This document shows positions 18,209 through 27,157 of a stretch of DNA of 41,964 bases, in pieces. A model generated the notes under the pieces. The model did no database searches, was not told the origin of the DNA, and worked only from the letters and a program-made list of their open reading frames with translations. Each line of letters begins with the position of its first letter. Within the stretch, counting starts at the first letter, position 1. The DNA is from an uncultured Gammaproteobacteria bacterium (GTDB lineage: Bacteria; Patescibacteriota; Microgenomatia; UBA10105; UBA927), in the NCBI GenBank assembly GCA_964442525.1, contig CAYTZO010000004.1, forward strand, positions 1 to 41,964. The letters run 5' to 3'. The position numbers and the translations under genes are program-made.

Positions 18209-18697
18209 GTGTTATATAAAGATTTGTACCAGAGTCTTTTTAATGCTGCGCTTCGGTTTGTTTCCTATCGGCCCCGAAGCAGGAAAGAATTGGTTGATTT
18301 TCTCCAAAAAAAACTCCAAAAGTGGAATATTGCATCTTCGGCGATATTTGAGAACGTTGTTAAGAGAGTCGAGGAGCTTGGATACATTGACGATGCGAAA
18401 TTTGCTTCTTGGTGGGTTGAACAACGCAATAGCTTTCGGCCAAAAGGAATCGCACTCCTCGCTCGAGAGCTTTATCAGAAGGGAATTAGCAGAGAACTCA
18501 TTGAACAAACACTACAAAAATCTTCGGGTGATGAGATGGAAGCGGCAAGGATTATTGTTGGGAAAAAGCTCAAACTTTTCGCTCGTCTACCAAAACTTGA
18601 GCAAAAAAAGAAGCTTTATGGATTTCTGGGCCGGCGAGGATTTCCCTCTGAAGTCATTTCCCGGGTCGTTGACGAGATCACGTCAAAAGGAGTATAA
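18209..18697 (+). CDS. recX: Regulatory protein RecX
   Basis: ALRFVSYRPRSRKEL, LGYIDDAKFA, ELYQKGI, FLGRRGF. The ORF-track start (18164) lies inside the tRNA, so GTG 18209 (or TTG 18224) is more plausible. Confidence 0.92.
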   Translation: MLYKDLYQSLFNAALRFVSYRPRSRKELVDFLQKKLQKWNIASSAIFENVVKRVEELGYIDDAKFASWWVEQRNSFRPKGIALLARELYQKGISRELIEQTLQKSSGDEMEAARIIVGKKLKLFARLPKLEQKKKLYGFLGRRGFPSEVISRVVDEITSKGV

Positions 18698-18698
18698 T
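18669..18698 (+). promoter_or_regulatory. Putative sigma70 promoter at the end of recX
   Basis: TTGACG (18669-18674), 18-nt spacer, TATAAT (18693-18698). Confidence 0.65.
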
Positions 18699-18702
18699 AA
18701 AA

Positions 18703-18822
18703 ACACGGACGAAGATCGTACGTGAAAAGAAACTATTGTAGGATATTATGATCATTGCTGATATCTCACATCTTCCTACAGAATGCGCCGCATAACAGCG
18801 GTTCTTTGCGTGCTTTTCACCC
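18703..18822 (+). ncRNA. Candidate structured RNA (6S-like rod or rny 5' leader)
   Basis: Starts right after the promoter; TGTAGGA/TCCTACA inner stem, imperfect closing stem, two roughly 18-nt unpaired strands between them; located upstream of rny. Confidence 0.35.
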
Positions 18823-18843
18823 CGGTTTTCTCCTGAAGTAACT

Positions 18844-20349
18844 ATGTTTGATGTACTGAAAACTCTTTCTACCCTTGTACAAAGCAGGCAGTCAGGGAAG
18901 GCAAAGTCTCAACCCAGGGCGGTAAGCGCTCCACAAGCCAAACCCCAGCCACAAAAGCCTCTGAACGCGCAGGATGCGGTAGCCGCGGCGGCACAAATAC
19001 GGGCAGCGGAAACGCAGGTAAAAGAGATTATCCTTGAAGCTAAAGACGAGGCGCTTCGACTTCGCAGAGCGGCAGAAGAAGAGGCTCGGCAAAAGCTTAT
19101 GGCACTTGACAGACGTGAGGGTGCCGTGGAGGAACGGGAAAAGCACGCAGCGGAGAATGAGGGGCGGGTAAGCAATACTCTCTCTGACATTGAAAAGCTT
19201 AAGCTGGAGCAGATTGGAAAGCTTGAAAAACTTGCCCATATGACGCGAGACGAGGCGCGACAGGCGATCCTGGGCGAACTCAGAGACAAACTTAAAGAAG
19301 AAAGCGCAAAAGAAATTAGAGAAGCTGAGAGTCAGGCAAGAGAAGAAGCAGAAGTTAAAGCCAAAGAAATACTCGTTGAAGCAATGCGCCACGGAGCAAC
19401 CGATTACGTACCTGAGTATACCGTATCCGTCGTTAAAGTTGCCGATGAGGAGGTAAAGGGTCGCGTCATCGGCAAAGAAGGCCGAAACATCAGGGCGTTT
19501 GAAACCGCAACCGGTGTTGATGTCGACTTGGATGAAGAAGGGGTTATTCGTCTTTCGAGCTTTGATCCGGTTCGGCGTGAAGTTGCCCGCGTGACGCTTG
19601 AGCGACTTTTGCGTGACGGCAGGGTGCAACCGACGAGGATTGAGGAGTTGGTGGAACAGGTCAGGAAAGAAATTGATCGGATCATGTTCGAAGAAGGCCA
19701 AAAACTTGCCCATGCGGTTGGTGTCTACAATCTGCCCGCACCCGTCTTAGCCACCCTCGGCAGATTTAAGTATAGATTTTCCTACGGGCAGAACATGATC
19801 GCTCACACGCTGGAAGAGACGAAGATCGGAATTTCCCTTGCGCACGAAATTGGGGCAGACGTCAATGTTGTGCGTCTCGGGTGTCTTCTTCATGACATCG
19901 GGAAAGTCGTCACTGATAAAGAGGGGAGTCATGTCGAGCTTGGTGTGGAACTTCTCAAAAAATACGGCATGCCGCAGAAAGTTATTGACTGTGTTGCCCA
20001 ACATCACGAGGACACGCCCTTTACGAGTATTGAATCCATGCTCGTCTATATTGCAGATGCGATCTCCGGGAGCCGGCCGGGCGCTCGATACGAAGATATC
20101 GAGGGGTATATTAAGCGCCTGACTGACCTTGAAACCATTGCGAAGTCCCATAAAGGAGTCAAAGAATCGTTTGCCTTTCAAGCAGGTCGGGAGCTGCGTG
20201 TCGTCGTTGATCCGGGGGTCGTTGATGATGCCGCCGCCACCGTGATGGCGCATGAGCTCAAAGAAGAAATAGAAAAGAAACTGACCTATCCGGGTACCAT
20301 TAAAATTTCCGTCATCCGTGAACTTCGTGCCGTTGAGGTTGCCAAGTGA
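18844..20349 (+). CDS. rny: Ribonuclease Y
   Basis: Coiled coil, KH domain KGRVIGKEGRNIR, RFSYGQN, HD motif LLHDIGK, ADAISGSRPGAR, QAGRELRV. Confidence 0.98.
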   Translation: MFDVLKTLSTLVQSRQSGKAKSQPRAVSAPQAKPQPQKPLNAQDAVAAAAQIRAAETQVKEIILEAKDEALRLRRAAEEEARQKLMALDRREGAVEEREKHAAENEGRVSNTLSDIEKLKLEQIGKLEKLAHMTRDEARQAILGELRDKLKEESAKEIREAESQAREEAEVKAKEILVEAMRHGATDYVPEYTVSVVKVADEEVKGRVIGKEGRNIRAFETATGVDVDLDEEGVIRLSSFDPVRREVARVTLERLLRDGRVQPTRIEELVEQVRKEIDRIMFEEGQKLAHAVGVYNLPAPVLATLGRFKYRFSYGQNMIAHTLEETKIGISLAHEIGADVNVVRLGCLLHDIGKVVTDKEGSHVELGVELLKKYGMPQKVIDCVAQHHEDTPFTSIESMLVYIADAISGSRPGARYEDIEGYIKRLTDLETIAKSHKGVKESFAFQAGRELRVVVDPGVVDDAAATVMAHELKEEIEKKLTYPGTIKISVIRELRAVEVAK

Positions 20350-20429
20350 AAGCTATAGATTGGAATAGGGCGCTAAATTTTTTTAATACAAAAAAGAGAG
20401 CATAAAGTCGGGCTCCAAAAATTGATATC

Positions 20430-20458
20430 TTGACAGGATCTTCCAAATTCTCTACAGT
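20430..20458 (+). promoter_or_regulatory. Putative sigma70 promoter of HU
   Basis: TTGACA (20430-20435), 17-nt spacer, TACAGT (20453-20458). Confidence 0.7.
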
Positions 20459-20541
20459 GCCACGTAGAGATTGTTCTATCAATCCCTAAATTTTTTTTTC
20501 TTGTTCTAACCTTCTGCCCGGAGGGAGGTGAAAGAAAAATT

Positions 20542-20814
20542 ATGACAAAAGCAGATCTCGTTGAAGTTGTTGCCAAAAAAGCAAACCTGACGGCAAAAGC
20601 CGCCCGCGAGTCCGTCGCTGCAGTGTTTGGTGCAGTAACTGATGCGCTTAAAAAAGGCGACAAAGTGGTTGTGACAGGCTTTGGGACATTTATGGTTCGA
20701 TCTCGGAAGTCCCGCACTGGCCGCAACCCACAAACCGGGGCTCCGATAAATATTCCCGCCCGCAAGACCCCAGGGTTTACCGCCGGAAAGGCTTTGAAAA
20801 AAGTTGTCCGTTAA
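20542..20814 (+). CDS. hup: DNA-binding protein HU
   Basis: MTKADLV, GFGTF, GRNPQTG, PGFTAGKALK; GGAGGTG SD upstream. Confidence 0.98.
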   Translation: MTKADLVEVVAKKANLTAKAARESVAAVFGAVTDALKKGDKVVVTGFGTFMVRSRKSRTGRNPQTGAPINIPARKTPGFTAGKALKKVVR

Positions 20815-20833
20815 AACGATTAACGGAACAAGG

Positions 20834-20898
20834 AAAAGGAGAGGCTCCTAGACGAAAGTTCACCTCATCGGCGAACGGGCGGGGAGCTTCTCTTTTTT
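20834..20898 (+). terminator. Probable intrinsic terminator after HU (long, internally structured loop)
   Basis: AAAAGGAGAGGCTCC ... GGAGCTTCTCTTTTTT with an inner GTTC/GAAC stem. Confidence 0.6.
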
Positions 20899-20915
20899 GC
20901 TACAATGAAGTCGGT

Positions 20916-21893
20916 ATGGTCATTCATCTTTCACATGTAAGAAAATTTTACCAAGTCCATAAGAAGGCGCCAGGTTTTGCTGGTTCTCTTAAATCGCTAT
21001 TCAGTCGTGAATATGAAACGGTGAGAGCAGTCGACGATATTTCCTTTACGATAGACGAGGGAGAACTGGTCGGGTTTATCGGACCGAATGGCGCAGGAAA
21101 AACTACGACGCTCAAATGTCTCTCAGGTCTCCTTTATCCGACGAGCGGCAACGTATCAGTGCTTGGCTTTACGCCCTTTGACCGCAAAAAAGAATTCCTC
21201 ACAAAAATCTCCCTCGTCATGGGACAGAAAAATCAACTTTGGTGGGATTTACCCGCTATGGAAACGTTCCTTCTCAACAGGGAAATCTATGAGGTGCCCG
21301 AGGAGAAGTTTAAAAAGACTCTTGGAGAGCTCATAGATCTTCTTGAAGTTGGGGAACTTGTTAACGTGCAGGTGCGCAAGCTCTCTCTTGGAGAACGCAT
21401 GAAAATGGAGCTTATTGCCGCTCTCATTCATTCTCCTCAGGTGTTATTTCTTGATGAACCAACGATCGGACTGGACGTGGTGATGCAGAAGAAAATGCGT
21501 GACTTTATTAAAACATACAATGGAGTTCACCGATCAACCATTCTTTTAACTTCCCATTACATGGAAGACGTCAGACAACTTGCCAAGCGAGTTATAATCA
21601 TTGATCACGGCAGAATTCTCTACGATGGTAGTTTGGACAGTCTGGTAAAGAAGTTTGCAAAGCACAAGATACTGTCAGTCGTTCTCGAGGAATATGTCCC
21701 TCCGGATAAACTGAGAGAAATAGGGGAACTTACCGCATATGATTTCCCCCGCGCAATATTGCACGTCCCGAGAAGCGCTTCGAATGTGGCGGCTGCGCAA
21801 CTTCTCCAGAAATTTCCCGTTGATGATTTGAATATTGAAGAAACAGACATAGAGGATATCGTCCGTGATGTTTTTACCCAGAACAAAGTTTGA
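20916..21893 (+). CDS. ABC exporter ATP-binding protein
   Basis: GPNGAGKTT, LSLGE signature, LFLDEPT, TSH switch. Confidence 0.95.
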   Translation: MVIHLSHVRKFYQVHKKAPGFAGSLKSLFSREYETVRAVDDISFTIDEGELVGFIGPNGAGKTTTLKCLSGLLYPTSGNVSVLGFTPFDRKKEFLTKISLVMGQKNQLWWDLPAMETFLLNREIYEVPEEKFKKTLGELIDLLEVGELVNVQVRKLSLGERMKMELIAALIHSPQVLFLDEPTIGLDVVMQKKMRDFIKTYNGVHRSTILLTSHYMEDVRQLAKRVIIIDHGRILYDGSLDSLVKKFAKHKILSVVLEEYVPPDKLREIGELTAYDFPRAILHVPRSASNVAAAQLLQKFPVDDLNIEETDIEDIVRDVFTQNKV

Positions 21894-21899
21894 GCAACC

Positions 21900-22697
21900 A
21901 TGAAATATCTCAAAGTTTTTTTACTTCATTTTCAAGACGCCATCGATGATAGAAGCCGTTCGGTCGTCTGGTTTCTTATAGCACTCCTTAATCCACTCAT
22001 CTACCTTCTTTTTTGGCGGGGAGCAGCAGGAAATATCCCAAAGCAACCGGGACAATGGACGTCGTCGAGTTTCGCCTCTTATTATCTACTCCTGATTATT
22101 GCAAGCGCATTCTTGATGGTGCATATAGAAGAGTATATTGCTTGGTATGACGTAAAGGAGGGCTATCTTACCAATCATCTGCTTCGTCCTATTTCCTATT
22201 TTTGGCAGAATTTTTTTCATGAATTGCCATACCGAATCCTGCAGGGATCCTTCGGCATCATCGTTCTCTTGATATTTTTAGCACTGTACCCGGGACTTAT
22301 AGCGCCGGTAGGCAGTCCCATACAGATTGTTCTAGACATTATCGTCATTATCGCGGCATATTTTTTGTCATTTAGTTTTAAAATGATCCTAGGTCTTTCC
22401 GCCCTTTTTACGACCGATTTTTATGGCTTGTCGGAACTGATCGGCGTTCTCATTCTCGTTTTTGGAGGATTTGTGATCCCGCTGGATCTGTTTCCAAGCC
22501 AACTGGCTCGTTTGGTATCGGTTCTCCCGTTTCCTTATATGTTTTATTATCCAATTCTTGCCGTTGCCGGACGATTAGAGATGTCTGCACTTCTTAGGCT
22601 TATCGGCGTACAACTCGGATGGATTTTTGCGGTTCTTCTTTTCTATCGTTACCTTTGGGGGAAAGGCGTCCGTGTATTTACCGGAGTTGGACGCTGA
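21900..22697 (+). CDS. ABC-2 family permease
   Basis: About 6 hydrophobic segments, LLRP and GFVIPLDLFP motifs; in an operon with the ATPase. Confidence 0.88.
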   Translation: MKYLKVFLLHFQDAIDDRSRSVVWFLIALLNPLIYLLFWRGAAGNIPKQPGQWTSSSFASYYLLLIIASAFLMVHIEEYIAWYDVKEGYLTNHLLRPISYFWQNFFHELPYRILQGSFGIIVLLIFLALYPGLIAPVGSPIQIVLDIIVIIAAYFLSFSFKMILGLSALFTTDFYGLSELIGVLILVFGGFVIPLDLFPSQLARLVSVLPFPYMFYYPILAVAGRLEMSALLRLIGVQLGWIFAVLLFYRYLWGKGVRVFTGVGR

Positions 22698-22703
22698 CGG
22701 CCT

Positions 22704-23492
22704 ATGAAACATTATGTAAATATTTATAAAGTTCTTTTGAGGTTGAATTTTTCCCGGCTCGTGGTCTATCGGAGCAATTTCGTCAATAGCTTGCTTTCAG
22801 CCCTGGCCTGGGGACTCTTTAGCGTATTTTCTATTGTACTTCTTACAAGCAGAACGCCGACTGTTTTCGGATGGAAGAGGGAGGAGATTTTGCTTCTGAC
22901 TGCCGTTTACACGGTATTGACAGGAATATTTCATACCTTCCTGTCTCCGAATTTTGAACGTCTGAGTCAGATAACCCATTTTGGACAGCTCGACAGAATT
23001 CTCCTTTTACCGGTTGACTCACAGTTTTCCATCAGTTTGTGGGAGGTTAATTATACCCGACTTGTCCGCATAGTTATTGGCGTCATATTGTTTATCATGT
23101 TATTTAAGCCTCTCAATTTTCACCCTTCGGCAGGCAATTTATCGGCTTTTGCGGTGTTATTTTTTGTCGGTATTTTTCTGCAGTACACGATTTGGTTTGT
23201 GGTATCTACGCTTACCATTTGGTTTACCAGATTGTCTAACCTGACCGAGTTTATGTATTCTGTGACTGGAATGGCGCGGTATCCACGCGAAATGCTCCAA
23301 CAGCTTGGGAGCTATATTTTTGTATTTCTGTTCCCCATAACGCTCATTATTATTACGCCGGTCGGCGTGCTTTTTCAAAAGGCGTCCCCTATGGATACCT
23401 TCTTCCTTCTGGCGGTTACTGCAGGATTATTTTATCTTTCCCGAAAATTTTGGAAGTTTTCCCTTCGTTTTTATACGAGTGCGAGTAGCTAA
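22704..23492 (+). CDS. ABC-2 family permease
   Basis: YRSNF, FGWKREE, GQLDRILLLPV, RYP, terminal YTSASS; hydrophobic. Confidence 0.88.
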   Translation: MKHYVNIYKVLLRLNFSRLVVYRSNFVNSLLSALAWGLFSVFSIVLLTSRTPTVFGWKREEILLLTAVYTVLTGIFHTFLSPNFERLSQITHFGQLDRILLLPVDSQFSISLWEVNYTRLVRIVIGVILFIMLFKPLNFHPSAGNLSAFAVLFFVGIFLQYTIWFVVSTLTIWFTRLSNLTEFMYSVTGMARYPREMLQQLGSYIFVFLFPITLIIITPVGVLFQKASPMDTFFLLAVTAGLFYLSRKFWKFSLRFYTSASS

Positions 23493-23536
23493 GCGATTGA
23501 CAGAATAATGATTTCGTGTAGACTAGATACACACCT

Positions 23537-24343
23537 ATGGCGGTACACAGGAGAAAAACAGTTCAGACAGGAGAAAAGGGGAGCGCCGAAGCGCAGAAAG
23601 CGGAGCCGATGGGAGAAAATGCCCGTTTTGTAACGGAAGTTGTTGAAGTTGTTGAAGAGCCACAAAAAGAAGAAGCTTTAGAGACCATTAAAAAAGATGC
23701 CGAAGAGATTGAACGCGCAGCGAGTGAGCTAGAGGTTACTTCTCCTGCGTCTATGCCTCAAGAAAAAAATCTTCAGGAAGAGAAACCAGAGGAGACCAAT
23801 ACAAATAAGGAAATCGTCGAAGAGCTTTTTCAGAAGGGATCCTCGCAGGTGCCGTCAGAGATTACCTTTGACAAAAATGGTTCTGGCAAAAATATCTTCG
23901 CGTGGGCCCTTATTGTCATCATTGTGGCATTGGTTGTCGGAGGGGGGCTTATTTTTGCGGTAAAAGGTACGAAAGGCATTTCTTCGTTTATCACTAAACC
24001 CACTCCCACGCCAACCCCCGCTCCCACGCCCACGCCAACCCCCGCCACGGAGGCGATAGATAAAACATCATTTACCATCCAGGTGCTCAATGGCGGAGGA
24101 ACCCCCGGTGCAGCAGTAAAAATGAAAAGTTTTCTTGAAGAAAAGGGATACAAAGTGGGAAATGTAGGCAATACCGATAATTATACATACGATAAAACAG
24201 AGCTCCACGGCAAATCTGCCATGCAGGGTGCTCTCGCCAATCTTAAGGCTGACCTTGCTAACAGTTACACCGTAGGAACGGTTGCCGCTGACCTGTCTTC
24301 CGGTTCCTCGTATGACGTCCAGGTGATTGTCGGGAAAGAATAG
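23537..24343 (+). CDS. Membrane protein with LytR C-terminal domain
   Basis: Acidic N-terminus, one TM helix, (PT)n linker, IQVLNGGGTPGAA...GY.V..VGN...DVQVIVG. Confidence 0.82.
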   Translation: MAVHRRKTVQTGEKGSAEAQKAEPMGENARFVTEVVEVVEEPQKEEALETIKKDAEEIERAASELEVTSPASMPQEKNLQEEKPEETNTNKEIVEELFQKGSSQVPSEITFDKNGSGKNIFAWALIVIIVALVVGGGLIFAVKGTKGISSFITKPTPTPTPAPTPTPTPATEAIDKTSFTIQVLNGGGTPGAAVKMKSFLEEKGYKVGNVGNTDNYTYDKTELHGKSAMQGALANLKADLANSYTVGTVAADLSSGSSYDVQVIVGKE

Positions 24344-25096
24344 ATGAAGTATAAAGCCCTTATTCTCGATCTGGACGGAACCGTCGTTCCTCAAAGTTCC
24401 GAAGAACTGCCGACTCCGCGCGTAACCCGTGCAATCGCGGCAGCAAAAAGCAAAATCCACGTCAGTATCGCTACGGGCAGGCCGCTGTTTGTAGCAAAAC
24501 CAATCCTCGACCACCTAAAACTTTCAGGTCCATGTATATTTAATAACGGCGTCCAGATCTACGATCCGGAAAAGAACGAGATAGTCAAAGAATTCCCATT
24601 GCCAAAGGAAGCGATTCCAAAAATTCTTTCGGTGGTTGAGAAACACAAAAACGAGATTCTTTTTTTTGATGGAAAAAGCGACATAGAGCACGGACTTGCA
24701 AACCTTCCGGAAACGATTTTTAGCATCTACCTTCCCAAAGTTCCGGAGAAGCTTGCTGACCTCATCATTCTGGAGCTTCGGAAAATCGCGGGCATAGAAG
24801 CGCATAAAATGATTTCATGGAAAGATGCAAATATGTTCTCGCTTGAAGTCACGAGTGATCAGGCGACAAAACTTCATGGCATCGTAGAAATCGCAAAAAT
24901 TTTGGGAATCAAAAAAGAAGAGATAATCGGCGTCGGCGACAGTTACAACGATTTTCCCCTTCTGATGGCCTCAGGGCTCAAAATTGCCATGGGCAACGCC
25001 GTACCGGAACTCAAAGCAATCGCCGATTTCATCGCCCCCTCAGTTGACGAAGACGGCGTTGCAACGATAATTGAGAAGTTTATACTCCGGGGTTAA
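24344..25096 (+). CDS. Cof-type HAD hydrolase
   Basis: DLDGT, ATGR, K motif, GDSYND, AMGNA, EDGVA. Confidence 0.93.
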   Translation: MKYKALILDLDGTVVPQSSEELPTPRVTRAIAAAKSKIHVSIATGRPLFVAKPILDHLKLSGPCIFNNGVQIYDPEKNEIVKEFPLPKEAIPKILSVVEKHKNEILFFDGKSDIEHGLANLPETIFSIYLPKVPEKLADLIILELRKIAGIEAHKMISWKDANMFSLEVTSDQATKLHGIVEIAKILGIKKEEIIGVGDSYNDFPLLMASGLKIAMGNAVPELKAIADFIAPSVDEDGVATIIEKFILRG

Positions 25097-25122
25097 TTTT
25101 TTTTGATCGTAATTTGCTTTGT

Positions 25123-25980
25123 TTAACTTCTCACCTGCAATAATAATAACCCGAAAAGGGAGATAAATATCCCGATCCACTGCTGGCGATAGACTTTTTC
25201 TTTGATAACAATGGCACCAAGAAGAACGGAAATAAGTGACTGAGCAGAAATCATAGCAGTGGAATAAGAAACTCCGGCCTGGGCGATAGCCATGTTATAG
25301 AAAGAAAAACCAACAACGTCCAAAAACGCGCCAGGGAGAATCAATTTCCAAACAATCCCTTTAGACATTTTCTTAAGGTTTATGCTTTTGAGCAAAATAA
25401 TGGCCAGTGCTGTTAGAGAGATAGAAACTCTAATACCTAAGGCAATCTCAAACCAGGCACCACCTTTAGCCACAGAGCCAACAAGAAAGAAATAGACTCC
25501 TGTTCCAATTGCGACAAGTAAAGCTGGAACAACGCCTTTGCGTAGATTTAAAAATCCTTTTATATCTGTTTTGTTAATGCTGGTAGAAACCAGAAAAATT
25601 CCAGTCATTAACAAGAGGACACCTGTTAACTCAAAAACTGTTGGTATTTCATTGAGAAACAGAAAACTAAGCAAAACGGTAATTATTGTGTATCCGTCTG
25701 TTATTGGCAAAACGACGCCAATATCCCCAATCTTCATGGCATAAAACAAAGCTAACATGACAAACGTTTCAAAAATGCCAATTAGAAAAATCGGCAAAAT
25801 AATATCTTGATTAAATTGAACATTAATAAACGGGAGAAACAAGAGAAAAAATGGGATACCAACAGCTTGAAATGCAAAAGAAGAACTTAACGGATCCATC
25901 TCTCTTGAAGATCGGGCGGCGAAAAACCAGGCAGTACCAAGGCTAACTAATGCCACCAAGGAAAGAATAAATGACATCAT
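25123..25980 (-). CDS. EamA/DMT family transporter
   Basis: 285 aa with about 10 TM segments in two repeats (FLFLNE and IVIKEK ends). Confidence 0.85.
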   Translation of the reverse strand: MMSFILSLVALVSLGTAWFFAARSSREMDPLSSSFAFQAVGIPFFLLFLPFINVQFNQDIILPIFLIGIFETFVMLALFYAMKIGDIGVVLPITDGYTIITVLLSFLFLNEIPTVFELTGVLLLMTGIFLVSTSINKTDIKGFLNLRKGVVPALLVAIGTGVYFFLVGSVAKGGAWFEIALGIRVSISLTALAIILLKSINLKKMSKGIVWKLILPGAFLDVVGFSFYNMAIAQAGVSYSTAMISAQSLISVLLGAIVIKEKVYRQQWIGIFISLFGLLLLQVRS

Positions 25981-26035
25981 AACTCAGCCGATTATAGCAA
26001 TTTTTTAGGAAAGATTTATAATTTGTGAACAAAGA

Positions 26036-27157
26036 ATGAAATACTTCATTAAAACCTTCGGCTGTGCGGCCAATGAGGCGGATAGTGAACGGGTGGCAGC
26101 ATACTACGAAGCGCGTGGATTCACTCCTGCATCTTCAATTGATGAAGCTAGTGACGTGGTAATTAATACGTGCATGATTCGGGAATCGGCAGAAAATCGC
26201 GTGTACGGATTAGTACACAATTTATCAGAAGAAAAAAAGAAGGGCAGAAATCTTAAAATTGTTGTGACCGGCTGCATGGTCGGCATGGCCGCCCGAGAAA
26301 AAACCGGAAAAATGATGGCCAGCCTCAAGAAAAAAATGCCAGCAGTCGATGAATTTTTGCCGATTGAAGAAGTCGGCTTTGATTTTGCGCCGATCAGAAC
26401 TGATCCGCACCACGCCTGGGTTCCGATTACCAACGGATGTAATAATTTTTGCACGTTTTGTGTGGTACCGTTTACTCGCGGAAGAGAAGTGAGTAGACCC
26501 TTTGAAGATATTATTGCGGAGTGCAAGGAGCTTGTGACAAAAGGGATTGTCCATGTGACGTTGGTTGGGCAAAATGTGAACTCATACGGATCCGATTTAA
26601 GAAATAAAGATATTAAGCCGGTGTATGTAAAACACCTTGGTCGGTTAAGAATTCCGACATTATTTCCACCTCTCCTTTCAAAAATTTCTGGAATCTCCGG
26701 CATCCAACTTATTGATTTTATCTCCAGTAATCCCTGGGATTTTTCTGACGAACTTATAGAAGTCATTAAAGAGAATCCTAAAATTTCCCGACACATCCAT
26801 TTGCCGGTGCAATCAGGGGATAATGAAGTACTCAAGCGCATGAATAGATGGTACTCCAGAGAGGAATATTTAACTCTCATAAAAAAACTTCGGGAACACA
26901 TCCCGGATGTTACGATAAGTACGGATATCATTGTTGGTTTTTGTGGTGAAACAGAACAACAATTTTTGTCCACGCTAGATCTAGCAAAAAAAGTTGGTTT
27001 TTCTAAAGCATACATCTCAATTTACTCTGATCGACCGATGACTGCGGCGCACAAAGTCTATAAAGACGAAGTGCCATTCGTTGAAAAAAAACGACGCTGG
27101 CAAACTCTCGAAGATCTCATCAATAAAACCAACCTTCGTCTTGGTACGTATGCATAA
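26036..27157 (+). CDS. miaB: tRNA methylthiotransferase MiaB-like (no TRAM domain)
   Basis: TFGC, INTC, VTGC auxiliary-cluster cysteines; GCNNFCTFCVVP radical SAM motif; GQNVNSYG, HLPVQSG, TDIIVGF; overlaps miaA. Confidence 0.88.
   Translation: MKYFIKTFGCAANEADSERVAAYYEARGFTPASSIDEASDVVINTCMIRESAENRVYGLVHNLSEEKKKGRNLKIVVTGCMVGMAAREKTGKMMASLKKKMPAVDEFLPIEEVGFDFAPIRTDPHHAWVPITNGCNNFCTFCVVPFTRGREVSRPFEDIIAECKELVTKGIVHVTLVGQNVNSYGSDLRNKDIKPVYVKHLGRLRIPTLFPPLLSKISGISGIQLIDFISSNPWDFSDELIEVIKENPKISRHIHLPVQSGDNEVLKRMNRWYSREEYLTLIKKLREHIPDVTISTDIIVGFCGETEQQFLSTLDLAKKVGFSKAYISIYSDRPMTAAHKVYKDEVPFVEKKRRWQTLEDLINKTNLRLGTYA

Noticed and set aside
18133-18260. tRNA as an integration site for a genomic island
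   Set aside because: No integrase and no duplicated tRNA 3' end were seen; flanking genes are housekeeping.
23996-24048. Short direct repeats here and at about 29730-29775
   Set aside because: They are codon-level repeats of Pro-Thr linkers in exported proteins; there are no spacers, so not CRISPR.
26104-27015. 303-aa antisense ORF, and similar long antisense ORFs at 18892-19713, 7339-8043 and 14955-15644
   Set aside because: They lie opposite well-conserved genes and have no recognisable motifs or start signals.
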